Below, in pieces: positions 21,857 to 32,449 of a stretch of 32,846 nt of DNA. The stretch comes from Catajapyx aquilonaris (taxonomy: Eukaryota), in contig JYFJ02001033.1 of NCBI GenBank assembly GCA_000934665.2, positions 62,001 to 94,846 on the forward strand, written 5' to 3'. Position 1 is the first letter of the stretch. Each line of letters starts with the position of its first letter. The notes below the pieces were generated by a model. The model was not told where the DNA came from. It worked only from the letters and a program-made list of their open reading frames with translations, and searched no databases. Both the position numbers and the translations under genes were made by a program.

Positions 21857-24457
21857 TTACATCCCTGGAAAAAAAGAAGGTAATTTTGTTCATATTTGCT
21901 TTTTCGCCACTTTGAAAGATTAATTTGACATTAAAATATTCCAGCAGATACGCAAATGATGCTTGAATGCCTTAACTGGCATTTACATAAGTAAACTTGC
22001 TGCACAAAGTGTGCTACGCAGCCATTGTTTAATGAGCTTCCACTGGCCCTTGTCCTACCTGATATATCATGCCTGGTAGACTGTCATGCATTAACCTTTA
22101 CTATTGTGACTAAAATATGCATTGTAAAGGTAATTGAGAGAGTACCTTGGGAATCATGACTCGTATCAATTATATCTGCCGCCATAGCTTCAGTCATGGT
22201 ATGCACATGGTTGGCTAGAAGGCCCAGTGAGGCATCACTGTGAGACCTCCTTAGTTCTCGAACAACGTTTCCCAAATAGGATCCCAAATTTTCCAAGGAA
22301 ACCTGAAACATATCTTGCATAAGTAAACATGAGAACATCAGAGGGAGCATTAGAAATCACCTTCCATGTTGGAGGATAGGGCGGTGCTCCGATGACTACA
22401 AGAGCCACACGAAGTAGAGATAGCCTCAGATAGTTTTCTTCACTACTTCTGGGTAATGAGGCCTCTTCAAAGCAGAGCAAAAGCTCATCAACTATATTTG
22501 CATAAACTTTACAGCTTCCCTCTATTTCTCGTGGTACCCCAAGAAAATGCTTGATCATTTTCATTCCTGCATGCTGGCCAAGTTCCCTGGCCCTGACGTG
22601 GTTGCCAATCATGGTCAGTTGATTCAGGAGGTTGTGGTGGTGCTCTGGCCAATGCATAATCTGGCTTGTAATCCGTACCACATCCCAATTTTCCTTGTAG
22701 CAGTCAATAATGGCACCCACCACTAATGTGACTGGCCGGCCCAATTTTTTATCCAGGGAGAAGCGGAGGAGGGCTCCCATGATTGTATCCAGGTCAGAAG
22801 CAGTCCACATCTTCTGATCAGACTGACTTGAATACCACTGGAAAGCCTTCTGGAGGAAATCCAGTAGATACTGGGCACTGCTACTATCCAGTGATCTTTT
22901 CGATGGCTTCTGATGCATGCTAGGGCCCACAGAAGAGAGGCTTATGTTGCAGCCTTGTGGACACAGAGCCTCCAGAGTGGTTCCTACAGAAATCATTCAC
23001 TGTTCAGGACATCCAACTAGTAATTTGTGACAAGCCAAAGAAAACAAGAAGTCCAAAGAGGTGCCAAACGGAAATATTTGCAGTTTGCCCAGTGTGTCCT
23101 TTCACGCTGACAATGTCTTATAACGGAATTGAACACAGGATATTCTTTCACGTGAGCAGAGTGTGTGTGGAAATGGCCTGCATTAACCCACCCATCATAC
23201 CAATTAGGCTAACAAGGACTTTGCACTTTTTGTCTTCCCAGGTCAATGTTAGATTTTGAACTTACCAAAATTGACCAAAACTGTCAAAATATCCTGTGCA
23301 GTAGGCAACCAAGTGACAAGAGGGCTGGCTAACTGGGCTTCCAGAATGTTCCTGCAGGCCAGTGCCACAAATCCTGTCTCAGGTACGTTCATCAAGTAGA
23401 AACAGAATCGGCAAGTATTATTGTGCAGATATGTCTTCCGAGAGGATTGCTGTAAGAAATAAGTAGGTGACTTTTCTCATTCCTAGACATAAAGCAATTA
23501 TTGCTGTGCCTAATCTTGCTAAAGTTGACTCTGGATACTAGGGCTTTCCTTGCCATGTCCCAAGTAGATTCACCGACAAACAATGAGGAAAGTCAAATTA
23601 TTATAGAGGTGTTCAAGGGGTATTAGCAACTAATGTGAAAATCAAAACACAATTGAATCACTACAGACTCTTGTGAAAGTTTGAGTTGGTCATCACAACC
23701 ACACTATCTTTGTCACAGTGAAATGAGCCAGCAAATAATACTAGCATCACAATAATAATCCATTGTTTAATAATTGTTGGCACATTTGACAGTCATTGCT
23801 ACCCACTGTGATGCCATGCTGTTCTCGGCATTCTACATGCAGATAACGACGAAGTCCAGGAGACAGTGTGCGATAAATCCAGCTGCAAGACTGGTTACAG
23901 GTAAATGACGTGTGTTAATCGCTGTCAATATTATCATGGGAGAAGTCTGCATAGGGTCCAAAAAAATTGACTTTAGCCACTCCATGTTATTCATAACTTT
24001 AAAACTAGCTCTAAGTTATCATGTGATGGCAAGGATATCTTGTTACCCACCTGACACAAGTGCATCTGTATGATGGGCATAATTAATTCCTGATCAGCTT
24101 CTAGGTAAACCTTTAGCTGGCAATCACACATCACATCAGGCACGAACATCTTCAGTTTGATATCTGCAAGAATACATTTACTGTAGTACAGGAAGACGTG
24201 TGAAAGGAGACAACGTGAACCTCACCTGGTCCAAAAATGTGGTAGCGCTTTTCAGGAATGAATAGATCCAGCTGTGGAGCCTGGTCTGGTGCATCTGCAG
24301 GGTTCATCTTCACAGCTCTGATATCGCCCAGCACTCTCCGCCGTGCCATCTCCTGCTCCTCATCGGAATTGTACACATTGTACTTATTGTCTATTTTTAG
24401 TTGCACCTCCTGCTCCTCAATCAGGTTGCTCAGCATCTCGAAACTTTCTCCGCTCAT
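21857..24457 (-). CDS. SLF2/FAM178-like protein (SMC5/6 localisation factor 2-like, CANIN-type domain), 6 coding exons, about 438 aa
   Basis: Exons 24457-24226, 24163-24051, 23449-23266, 22983-22361, 22302-22146, 21864-21857 join in frame at GT-AG sites. Motifs recalling FAM178: APDQAPQLDLF, FCFYLMNV, WLPTAQDILTVLVNFG, LLRFSLDKKL, WPEHHHNLL..RARELGQH. The final micro-exon is the least certain; read-through to the stop at 22084 is an alternative. Confidence 0.72.
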
Positions 24458-25512
24458 GGTTAGCTAAATGTTACAGGACCTGGACTTGAAGTAGACCTCC
24501 TGAAATAAACAGGCCACCTGTAATGTTCTCAAGGCACAGTGGAACAGATGATCATGCCAAACGCCTGCAGCAGAACCTGCCGCTGCACTCCTCACCTCTG
24601 CAGGAGGGTAATTCCAGTCTCCAGCAGTCCAACGTGATTTCCACGACTTCCTTGTTCCTGCAGCAAAACCAATAGCAGAACCATGGAACAAAACCAGAAC
24701 AAATCTAACGATAATAAAAGTCATCCGTCAGGCGTCAACATCACTGCCATCATAGTCAGTAAGCTACTTATGCGTAGCTGCTGAGTTGCAGAAACTAGCA
24801 GCTACCAGGACAGTTCTGGAATGGCTTTTTTGGAGGAGAACAAATTCAGAGCATGTCGAGAGTTTAACATGATTCTTCTTCTTCTTGCTCTGCAGGAGCC
24901 TGAGTAGGGCCTGCGCACAGTGTGTCGGTTAGAGCTCAAATAATAAGTAACTTTGTTGTAATTAATATGCGCCAGTCTAGATCCTGTGCGTAGTTGGATT
25001 CTGAAGATGTCTGCCTCCCTGCAATTTTGTTCCGCTGAAGAAGACTCGGGGAGACCATGCCTGCTGGATGCTAGGGCAAAGAAGGACTGGTAATACGCAG
25101 TAGGAAATAGTGGAACTGTGCGATATTGTGGATTGGAACGCAGCATACAGGATGCAGAAAAATAATGTGCACAAACTATGAGGGTTGGTTTGTAGAGACG
25201 TGGAGAATCTAGACCCGATCATTTTATGCATAGGCGTTGTTGGTCCATGCAGTCTTGTTACCCAGATAATTGGCATTATATTAAGAACGCATTAAAACAT
25301 GTAAGTTATGTTAGAGTTACTGCCTGCAACTTTTCCATTGCCTGCTGCACCACATGGGAACATTCCTTTTAAAATTAAAATTGTGTGGTGTCGCCTGTAA
25401 ATGAAAAAGTTGAGGTATCGTGGAGGGATGCATATCTACCAGGATGTTTATACCTTGTGTTTGAAGCCCATTATCTTGTCAGCTAGGCCACACAGACCAA
25501 CAACACTTATTA

Positions 25513-26229
25513 GGGCCGGTACCCAACGCACACCATAGCCACTGCCCCACTGGCCACTTTTGGAAATACAGCGCAGAAGTGGCAAGGGTAGGCGTCTGTG
25601 GGCCCAGACGCACCTCACAGACGATGACACGCTTCAGAAGTCAGTGCGACAGTGGCTCCATATGCAGCCGGACACGTTTTACGAGGAAGGCATATTCAAA
25701 TTGGTACATCGGTGGGACAAATCCCTCAATGTCCAGGGAAATCATGTTGAGAAGTAGTGAGAGAGTTCAACTTTCATATGTACCGTGTAGTGTTTGAGTG
25801 CGATAAAGAATAGCCGTGTAAAAAAAGGTTGTCATTTACTTTCTGATCCTCCCTCGTATATCTGAAGTTGAGGTCCATCCCCATATTAGGGACGCATCAG
25901 TTGCCAAAAATACCAAGAAAACATTTTATCATCTTGGCTCAGATCTTGGTGTAGTGTACGGTACAGTCCTGTGGACAACCTTTCGAGCAATGAAGGATGA
26001 ACATGAATTTCCCTGTTTTGCCTGCACCATTTCTTCATTTTCAATAGAAGGGGTAGCAATAGTGCATGTTCTTCTCTGGTTGCCATACTGAATCGACTGG
26101 ACCATCTACTGTGGCAAGCGTCTGCCCCACTGCAGTGGTGGACTGGAGCGCTTGCAGTTCTGTACCCAAGCGACTGCAGTGGCCAGTTGCTGTGGCATGC
26201 AACTGAAGTGGCCCCTTGTGCACCGACCC
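25513..26229 (-). mobile_element. PIF/Harbinger transposon remnant
   Basis: Imperfect TIRs GGGCCGGTACCCAA / GGGTCGGTGCACAA with TTA on both sides; minus-strand peptide REIHVHPSLLERLSTGLYRTLHQDLSQDDKMFSWYF resembles the N-terminus of Harbinger nucleases. Confidence 0.7.
25590..25858 (+). mobile_element. Mariner transposon 3' fragment
   Basis: Peptide HLTDDDTLQKSVRQWL..FYEEGIFKLVHRWDKSLNVQGNHVEK* is a typical mariner transposase C-terminus; followed by a right TIR ending TTTACTTTCTGATCCTCCCTCG-TA. The 5' boundary is approximate. Confidence 0.88.
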
Positions 26230-26529
26230 TTATGCCTAAATTTGTCCCTAGACCCCCATTACTAATACCCAAAATTTGTTCAAGTTATTTTCCAGCATCC
26301 TGTATAGATCAGTGTTTCAATGCTAAGGTTCAACTTATTGAATTGGTGCTTTGGAATACATTTGTACTAATTCCCTCTTATTGCAGTGTTAATAAAAGTA
26401 ACATAATATTAATAAATAAAAACATGCATTTTACACTGCAGGGGGAGTGGGGCAGCATTTTACTGATGAGATTGGTTTTCAGAAAATTAGAGATGATCAC
26501 TTCACTTTGTTCCCACTCACACAATAGAT

Positions 26530-26937
26530 TTTTTTATTATTTTTAAATACCCCGTGCTAGAGCCATGGGCTCTCTTGGGGGAGTGGATTACCACTATTGT
26601 GCAGGGACAGGTTAGGGATAGGAGGGGGGGGGGACACTGGTGCATGTGCAATGTCTCAAGTTGGGGGTCGTGTGCAGTCCCTCAGGGGGCCTGTTCGCCA
26701 TAGATGACCCCCTAGATGCGGGTCAGAAACCCCGCCTGACCCGCACTTCCTCCAGGACAGGGAACGGAAGGAAGCGGCTGTGGCCTATTTTACGGTACGA
26801 TCCCGGAAATTATTCCTGGAGCGACCTTGGGAAACCACAGAAAACCAAGGTCAGGATCGCCGGCCTCCGGGATTCGAACCCAGGACCTCCCGATTAGCAG
26901 TCGGACACCATATCCACTACACCGCTACTGCTTCGGT
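26530..26937 (-). mobile_element. tRNA-derived SINE (third family, invertebrate-type central domain)
   Basis: Minus-strand A box TAGCGGTGTAGTGG, B box GGTTCGAATCCC, body GGTTTTCTGTGGTTTCCC..AATAGGCCACAGCCGCTTCCTTCC, A-rich tail; 10-bp TSD CACAATAGAT (26520-26529, 26938-26947). Confidence 0.88.
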
Positions 26938-27470
26938 CACAATAGATATTTAAAAACTGGATTTCACTTATTCATCTAATATCATTGGGAACAACTTACA
27001 CTAAAAATTATTGTTGGTGACCAAAAAATTTATCCTAGAAGGGATCCATTATGCATGTAATAACTCAATCAATAATTGCTATAATGATGCACTTCTTCTT
27101 GACCCTCACCACAGAAGAAATTGACAGTATTTGTACTTATACATTTAAAAGAGGAAGTTTTTAACTTTGTTAGTTTTTTAGTTTGTTTTACCTCACTCCC
27201 CACACGTACATGTGGGGAGGGAGGGAGGGAGTTCACTCACAAAAGAAGCAACACAAAAAAGAGAGGTATTTACAACAGATATCCAGTTCCTACATGCTAC
27301 CACTAAAAAAAAAATAAAAATGCTACCATGACAGGGAAAGAAAGCAAAAAGAAATGGAGGGGGGTGTGTCTGCATGTTTACATCAAATTTAGAAGGGCAA
27401 AAGATGAAGTGGACAGTATAACCTAGGATGTTTGTCAGCTTTGATGCGTGTACAATATTACTTGAATATT

Positions 27471-27789
27471 GGGGAGATGAAGTGGCGCTGCGGTAACGTG
27501 CACACCCACGGATATTAAGGTCCCGGGTTTAATCCCCACCCGGGGTTCCCACCTCTATCCGTGCAGAGTTGGGCCATCTCTGGCTTCATTTCGGGTGGCA
27601 ATTTCTGACAGATTAAGCCACCCGGGGGAGTTCACAAAATGACCAAGTTTGCACTGCACATTGCACATCCCCTCCTACTCATCCCCCCTTTGCTCGCGGT
27701 ACCCGGGCGTTTACCACTTGTAAAGCTTGTACATCTGAAGCAAATAAAGGTACCGTGCCAGATGCCCAATTAGGGCGGTGCACTAACCC

Positions 27790-27855
<66 letters not shown>
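27471..27855 (+). mobile_element. tRNA-derived SINE (fourth family, copy 1) with (ATT)n tail
   Basis: GTGGCGCTGCGGT A box, degenerate B box, body shared with the 28999 and 29412 copies; TSD TATTACTTGAATATT (27456-27470, 27856-27870). Confidence 0.88.

Positions 27856-27860
<5 letters not shown>
27790..27860. repeat. (ATT)n microsatellite forming the SINE tail
   Basis: About 23 units visible directly. Confidence 0.95.
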
Positions 27861-27861
<1 letters not shown>

Positions 27862-27968
27862 TTGAATATTATTACTTGAATATTATGCAACTTTTTTTTT
27901 TTTACCAGGAGGTAGCTAGACTACATCTGCTCTGCAGCACCTAGTGGGGCCAACTACAAAGTGACAAG

Positions 27969-30900
27969 ATGGCAAGTTGCTTTACTAGACGAAAGGTGGA
28001 CAACAGCCCCAATCCATTTGCACCTAAGTTGAGGAAGAAACCAAACTCATTAACGCCACTTAACAATGAGCCTCAGTACTCAGAAGATGGAAGTTTCTTG
28101 TAAGCAACAGATATCACTTTCATATTTGGCTTTTTAAAACTTGTATTTATTTCTTGGAATCCACTGCATACTAAGAAGTTGCCTGGCGAAAGTCTGAAGG
28201 CAACTTAACTTTTTGGCATGCTTGGTTTCGTTTGATGTTTGAATATGGGTGGACAGCAATATATAGTGGTAAAGGGAGGAAAATGGAGGAAGAGAGACAC
28301 TGTGTCATAAAGACATTATGATCTGCCTGCCAAAAGTTTGTGGCTGACTCCTCTTTGCCCAAATCTCTTTCCCCCTGCATGAATGGCTGCAGAATTTGTA
28401 TTGAACAGTCCCATCCAGAAGTGGAATGTTGGCATTTCCACACTTCTGCTACATTTAGTGACAAGTCTGTGATGTAAGGCGTATTCTAATACAGTTTAGT
28501 ACAGATCCACTTACCACTTTGTGTGACAATTTACACTCCACATGACCATCACTATGAAACAAGTGGAATTACATGCACATATTTTCGGACAGGTCAATAA
28601 GCCAATGAAATCATTTTACCCTGTTAGATGAGGGAATGGGCAGAAAGGGGATGATCTGCAATTGCAGATTCCCAGGAGATAGAAAAGACACTCAGACGTC
28701 TCCAGTTCATTCAAGTGCTTTGCCTCCTTGTGATTATAGAGGTAGACATTATGTATAATTTTCAAAGGATATGCCATGATTAAATAATGCTGCTTGAAAG
28801 GCCTCTTTGTCTCACGGTCAGAGCATGCATGTGTCAGAGCATGTATGTGTCAGAGCATGCATGTGTCAGAGCATGCATGTGTCAGAGCATGCATGTGTCA
28901 GAGCATGCATGTGTCAGAGCATGCATGTGTCAGAGCATGCATGTGTCAGAGCATACTTCAGCTCATGTAATTCATTACAATGAAAACAGTTAAGTGCACT
29001 TTTTTTTTTTTGCATTACCCCATTGGGATTTACTTGTCCTTTAGGGGGGTGGATTACCACCATCGGAAATTGGAGCGGTATAAGAAGAACTTATATAATT
29101 ACTCCAGGGTTGGTAGGAGGGGATGTGCAAAGTGCAACTGCAATGTCTCTAACAGTCATTTTGTGAACTCCCCCGGGTGGTTTAGTCTGTGGAAATACCA
29201 CCCGAGACGAAGCCAGAGATGGCCCAACTCTGCACGAAAGAAGGTGGGAGCCCCGGGCTGGGATCGAACCCGGGACCTTCACTTCCGCCTCCCTATTAAG
29301 TGCATGTGGTGGAACTTCCCAAAAGTAGCTGGAAATGCAGGCTATAAATACACATTTTTATGAAGAGTTTTTCTGAATGTAAAGCATTACATGTAGTACA
29401 TACATAGGATTGGGGAGACGGAGTGGCGCTGCGGTAGCGTACGTGCCCACGGATGTTAAGGTCCCGGGCTCGAACCCAACCTGGGGATACCCCCTTCATC
29501 TCGTGCAGAGTTCTCTGGCTTCGTTTCGGGTGGTATTTCCGACAGACTAAGCCACCCAGGGGAGCTCACAAAATGACCTTACTAGTCGATGCACTGCACC
29601 TTGCACATCCCCTCCCAGTCCCCCTGCCCATAGGCCCGGGCGCTTCTAACATGGCCTCCCCGAATACCTCGTAAGGGGTGGCAAGGGGTATTACCAAAAT
29701 AAACAAAAAACATACATAGGATTATGACCAGGTTATTTGAGAATCATTGGAAGAACATGTGAGAGAAGTTGCCATGAATTTCACATCACCACAATTTTGA
29801 TGCAATTTTTTATTTATATGATATTGTAATTATAGTATCTGATGAAATATTTATTTATCATGTTATAGCATGGTGATTAGATGGCTTTGAATTTGTCTTT
29901 ACAGCTTCCTTCATCCATACCAAGATGAATTGGATGTGTATGAGCCATCAGAAGAGCTCCTACAACCAGTTCACCCACAAAAACCAAAGCCCATTGAAGT
30001 TACTCCATACGAGTTGATCAGGAACAAAACACAGTTGCTAACATTACTTGATGATCTGCTGAAGCAGAAGGCTATAGCAATAGACTTGGAGCACAACAAC
30101 TTCCGTTCCTACCTAGGTATCACCTGCCTTATGCAGATATCTACTCGTGAGAAGGACTACATTGTGGATCCCTTTCCTCTATGGGATGACCTGCAAATCT
30201 TAAATGAAGTTTTCACCAAGAAAAGCATCCTTAAGGCAAGGAAGTTGATTTTAGTGATGATAATACTTTATTGGTGTTCCAATGAAGTTAGTACAGGTGT
30301 ATAGCTGTGCATAGCAGAATCACATGGGGTCCTAAATTTTGTTTGTAATGGGCAGGTTTCTTTTATATATAACACATTTTCTGCCTATTCTTTATTTTGA
30401 TATTTTATTATTTCCTCATGCAAAAATGATGGGGGGGGGGGGGGGGGGGGGGGGGCNAGGGGCCACTTAGCACGTTGTGAGTTACCATCTTCTTTGGCCT
30501 GTTATAGATGGGTCGGCGAACGAACGCAAGCAGATGGCCAATTTTATGACAGGTCGGAATACAGTTTGTAATGTAATTCCTGTAATAAAATTGGGCACCC
30601 GCTTGCGTTCGTTCACCGACCCATCTATAGTAGCTGTTTCTCTGTTTCCCAGCCAAAACTAGTGCCCTTTCCTCACCCATCTGTATTCAAGATCATGAAC
30701 CTGATTTAAATGCCAGCAAGTATCAGATACACTGTGTCAGAAAGCCCACAAAAGGCTCGTTCACATTCCTGGAGGTTTGTAGAAGCTATAGTGAACTTAG
30801 CTGGAGCTTCTATTTTCTGGCTGGAGATCATGTCAGCATTTTGATTTCCATTATGAACAGAGATTTTCTGTGAAGGGAGACAAAAATTTCTTCAGTTTCT

Positions 30901-32125
30901 GCATTGGGCAGTTTTTGTTATATCCATTGATTAAAAAGTACATTGCATGTCCCATGCATCCACCTCCTTCCCAGAAAAATTCTGAATGGACAAGGTTTCT
31001 GGGATACTCAGGGTGTGTTATGAACAGGTTCCACTATGTTTGCTTTGGCTTTTCAAAATATCCATATACCCTTTCCAGCCTGGGACATCTGAAATTAATT
31101 TTAAAATTATCATTTTAAAAATATTCCCTGTGACCAAAGAGTAACGGCATATTTCTAAGAGAAATTTCTTGGATCATGCTTCATCAGGAGAGGGATCAGG
31201 AACTGTTCCAGAAATTAAAACTTGAAGTGTTCTTTTTATATTACCACATGACTGTAAAAAGTAATCCAGCAAAAGTCAAAATTGTAAAAAATTCTCCAAG
31301 CAGAATATTTCGATTTTTCAAAGTTTTGAACTGGCCATGGACAACATTGTGCAAAACAAACAATGTGGGAACTTCCTATATGTGCACTTTTGGCGGTTGT
31401 TGCCTTTCATAGGAACATCTGATTTTTATTGCTTTTGGATGTGAGCGTATGCAAAGTGGATGGATATTGCATTGCTTTCTGCAGCATTTACAGGGTCATG
31501 GAAAGTATCCAGGGCAAAATAATTGAAATGAGTTGCGAGAGCGGGCATTAGTTGCTAAGTTGCAAAGCACCAAGTTCATTTCTTCTTAATTTCAACCTGT
31601 TTCAACCCATTGTCCCATGTGCCTACAATGGAAATGAGGTTGTGCACAACTTCTTAATTAGTCACTAGGTTTTGAAATTTTGTAGGTTTTCAAGAGATAT
31701 GCATGTCTTTTAATAGACACTTTCGATGTTCTCCACTTGTTCCTGTCAAAATTGCTTTATCTTATGAACAGGTTATTCATGCAGCACAAAATGATGTGAT
31801 ATGGCTTCAGCGCGACTTAGGATTGTACGTGGTGAACTTGTTTGACACTGCACATGCAGCATTGGCACTGCAAAAGGAAGGACAGGGACTGGCCTACCTG
31901 CTGCAGCATTTTTGTGGAGTGACTGTTAAGAGGAAGAAGGCGTTTCAGAAAGCAAACTGGAAGATGAGGCCACTAACTGAAGGCATGATCCAGTATGCTC
32001 GAGGGGACACGCACTATCTTCTATACATAGCCGACCAGCTTCGAAATGAACTTCTAGAACGTGCCAATGGCAATCCAGAAATGCTTAAGAGTGCATTTCA
32101 AAAGTGCACCGAAATTTGTAAAACT
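27969..32125 (+). CDS. EXOSC10: Exosome component 10 / Rrp6-like DEDDy 3'-5' exoribonuclease (partial, continues beyond the window)
   Basis: Exons 27969-28099 (KVDNSPNPFAPKLRKKPNSL), 29905-30235 (HPYQDEL..AIDLEHNNFRSYLGITCLMQISTREKDYIVD), 31772-32125 (VIHAAQNDVIWLQRDLGLYVVNLFDT..WKMRPL..YARGDTHYLLYI). ExoI, ExoII and ExoIII acidic residues are intact. The second intron needs a GC donor; a GT donor at 32126 leads out of the window. Confidence 0.9.
28817..28954. repeat. 16-bp minisatellite (GTCAGAGCATGCATGT), about 8.6 copies
   Basis: Direct tandem units, one with a C>T change. Confidence 0.95.
28999..29295 (-). mobile_element. tRNA-derived SINE (fourth family, copy 2; 5' end truncated or altered)
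   Basis: Minus-strand B box GGTTCGATCCC, body homologous to the 27471 copy, poly-A tail; TSD TTAAGTGCA (28990-28998, 29296-29304). Confidence 0.85.
29412..29710 (+). mobile_element. tRNA-derived SINE (fourth family, copy 3)
   Basis: Head GGGGAGACGGAGTGGCGCTGCGGTAGC, B box GGCTCGAACCC; 13-bp TSD CATACATAGGATT (29399-29411, 29711-29723). Confidence 0.9.
30503..30629. repeat. 127-bp hairpin MITE-like element
   Basis: TATAGATGGGTCGGCGAACGAACGCAAGC pairs with GCTTGCGTTCGTTCACCGACCCATCTATA; arms about 50 bp. Confidence 0.85.
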
Positions 32126-32449
32126 GTAAGTTGCCAAATGTGAGGAATGATTCTAAGAAGTGCCACTTTCTGCATATTTTTTCTCAATTACAGCAGCTGG
32201 GGTCATAAACAAGTTTGATTAATATGAAAGTGAGGAAGTCAAGTACAGTACACGTCAGTGTGGTTGTGAATGTCCAGGAACACCTTTTGCTATCGAGTAC
32301 AAATCTCATTTACAAGTGGACCAATTGAGACACCTGCACAAAATGTTCTATATACCCATCATAAAATTTACATAGTTACTAATAGAGAATTCCTCTGACA
32401 GAGGCCGGTGTATCATGTTTGACCAAGAAGTAGGCCAAGTGTCTCAGTA

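Noticed and set aside
24461..25276. Additional N-terminal coding exons for the SLF2-like gene
   Set aside because: Splice-like sites exist near 24896, 24658, 24594 and 24517, but all three frames stop before ATG 24457; more likely 5' UTR exons or uORFs.
28787..28993. Repetitive ORF (CVRACMCQSMHVSEHA)n, or a CRISPR-like array
   Set aside because: It is the translation of a 16-bp minisatellite; there are no unique spacers and no cas genes.
30431..30457. Long G run containing an N (G-quadruplex or poly-Pro ORF)
   Set aside because: Homopolymer next to an ambiguous base; length is unreliable and likely a sequencing or assembly problem.
45..32125. The five genes as one functional cluster
   Set aside because: Their functions are unrelated (ligase, immunity, acyl transfer, SMC5/6, RNA decay) and orientations are mixed; adjacency in a compact animal genome is not evidence of a shared system.
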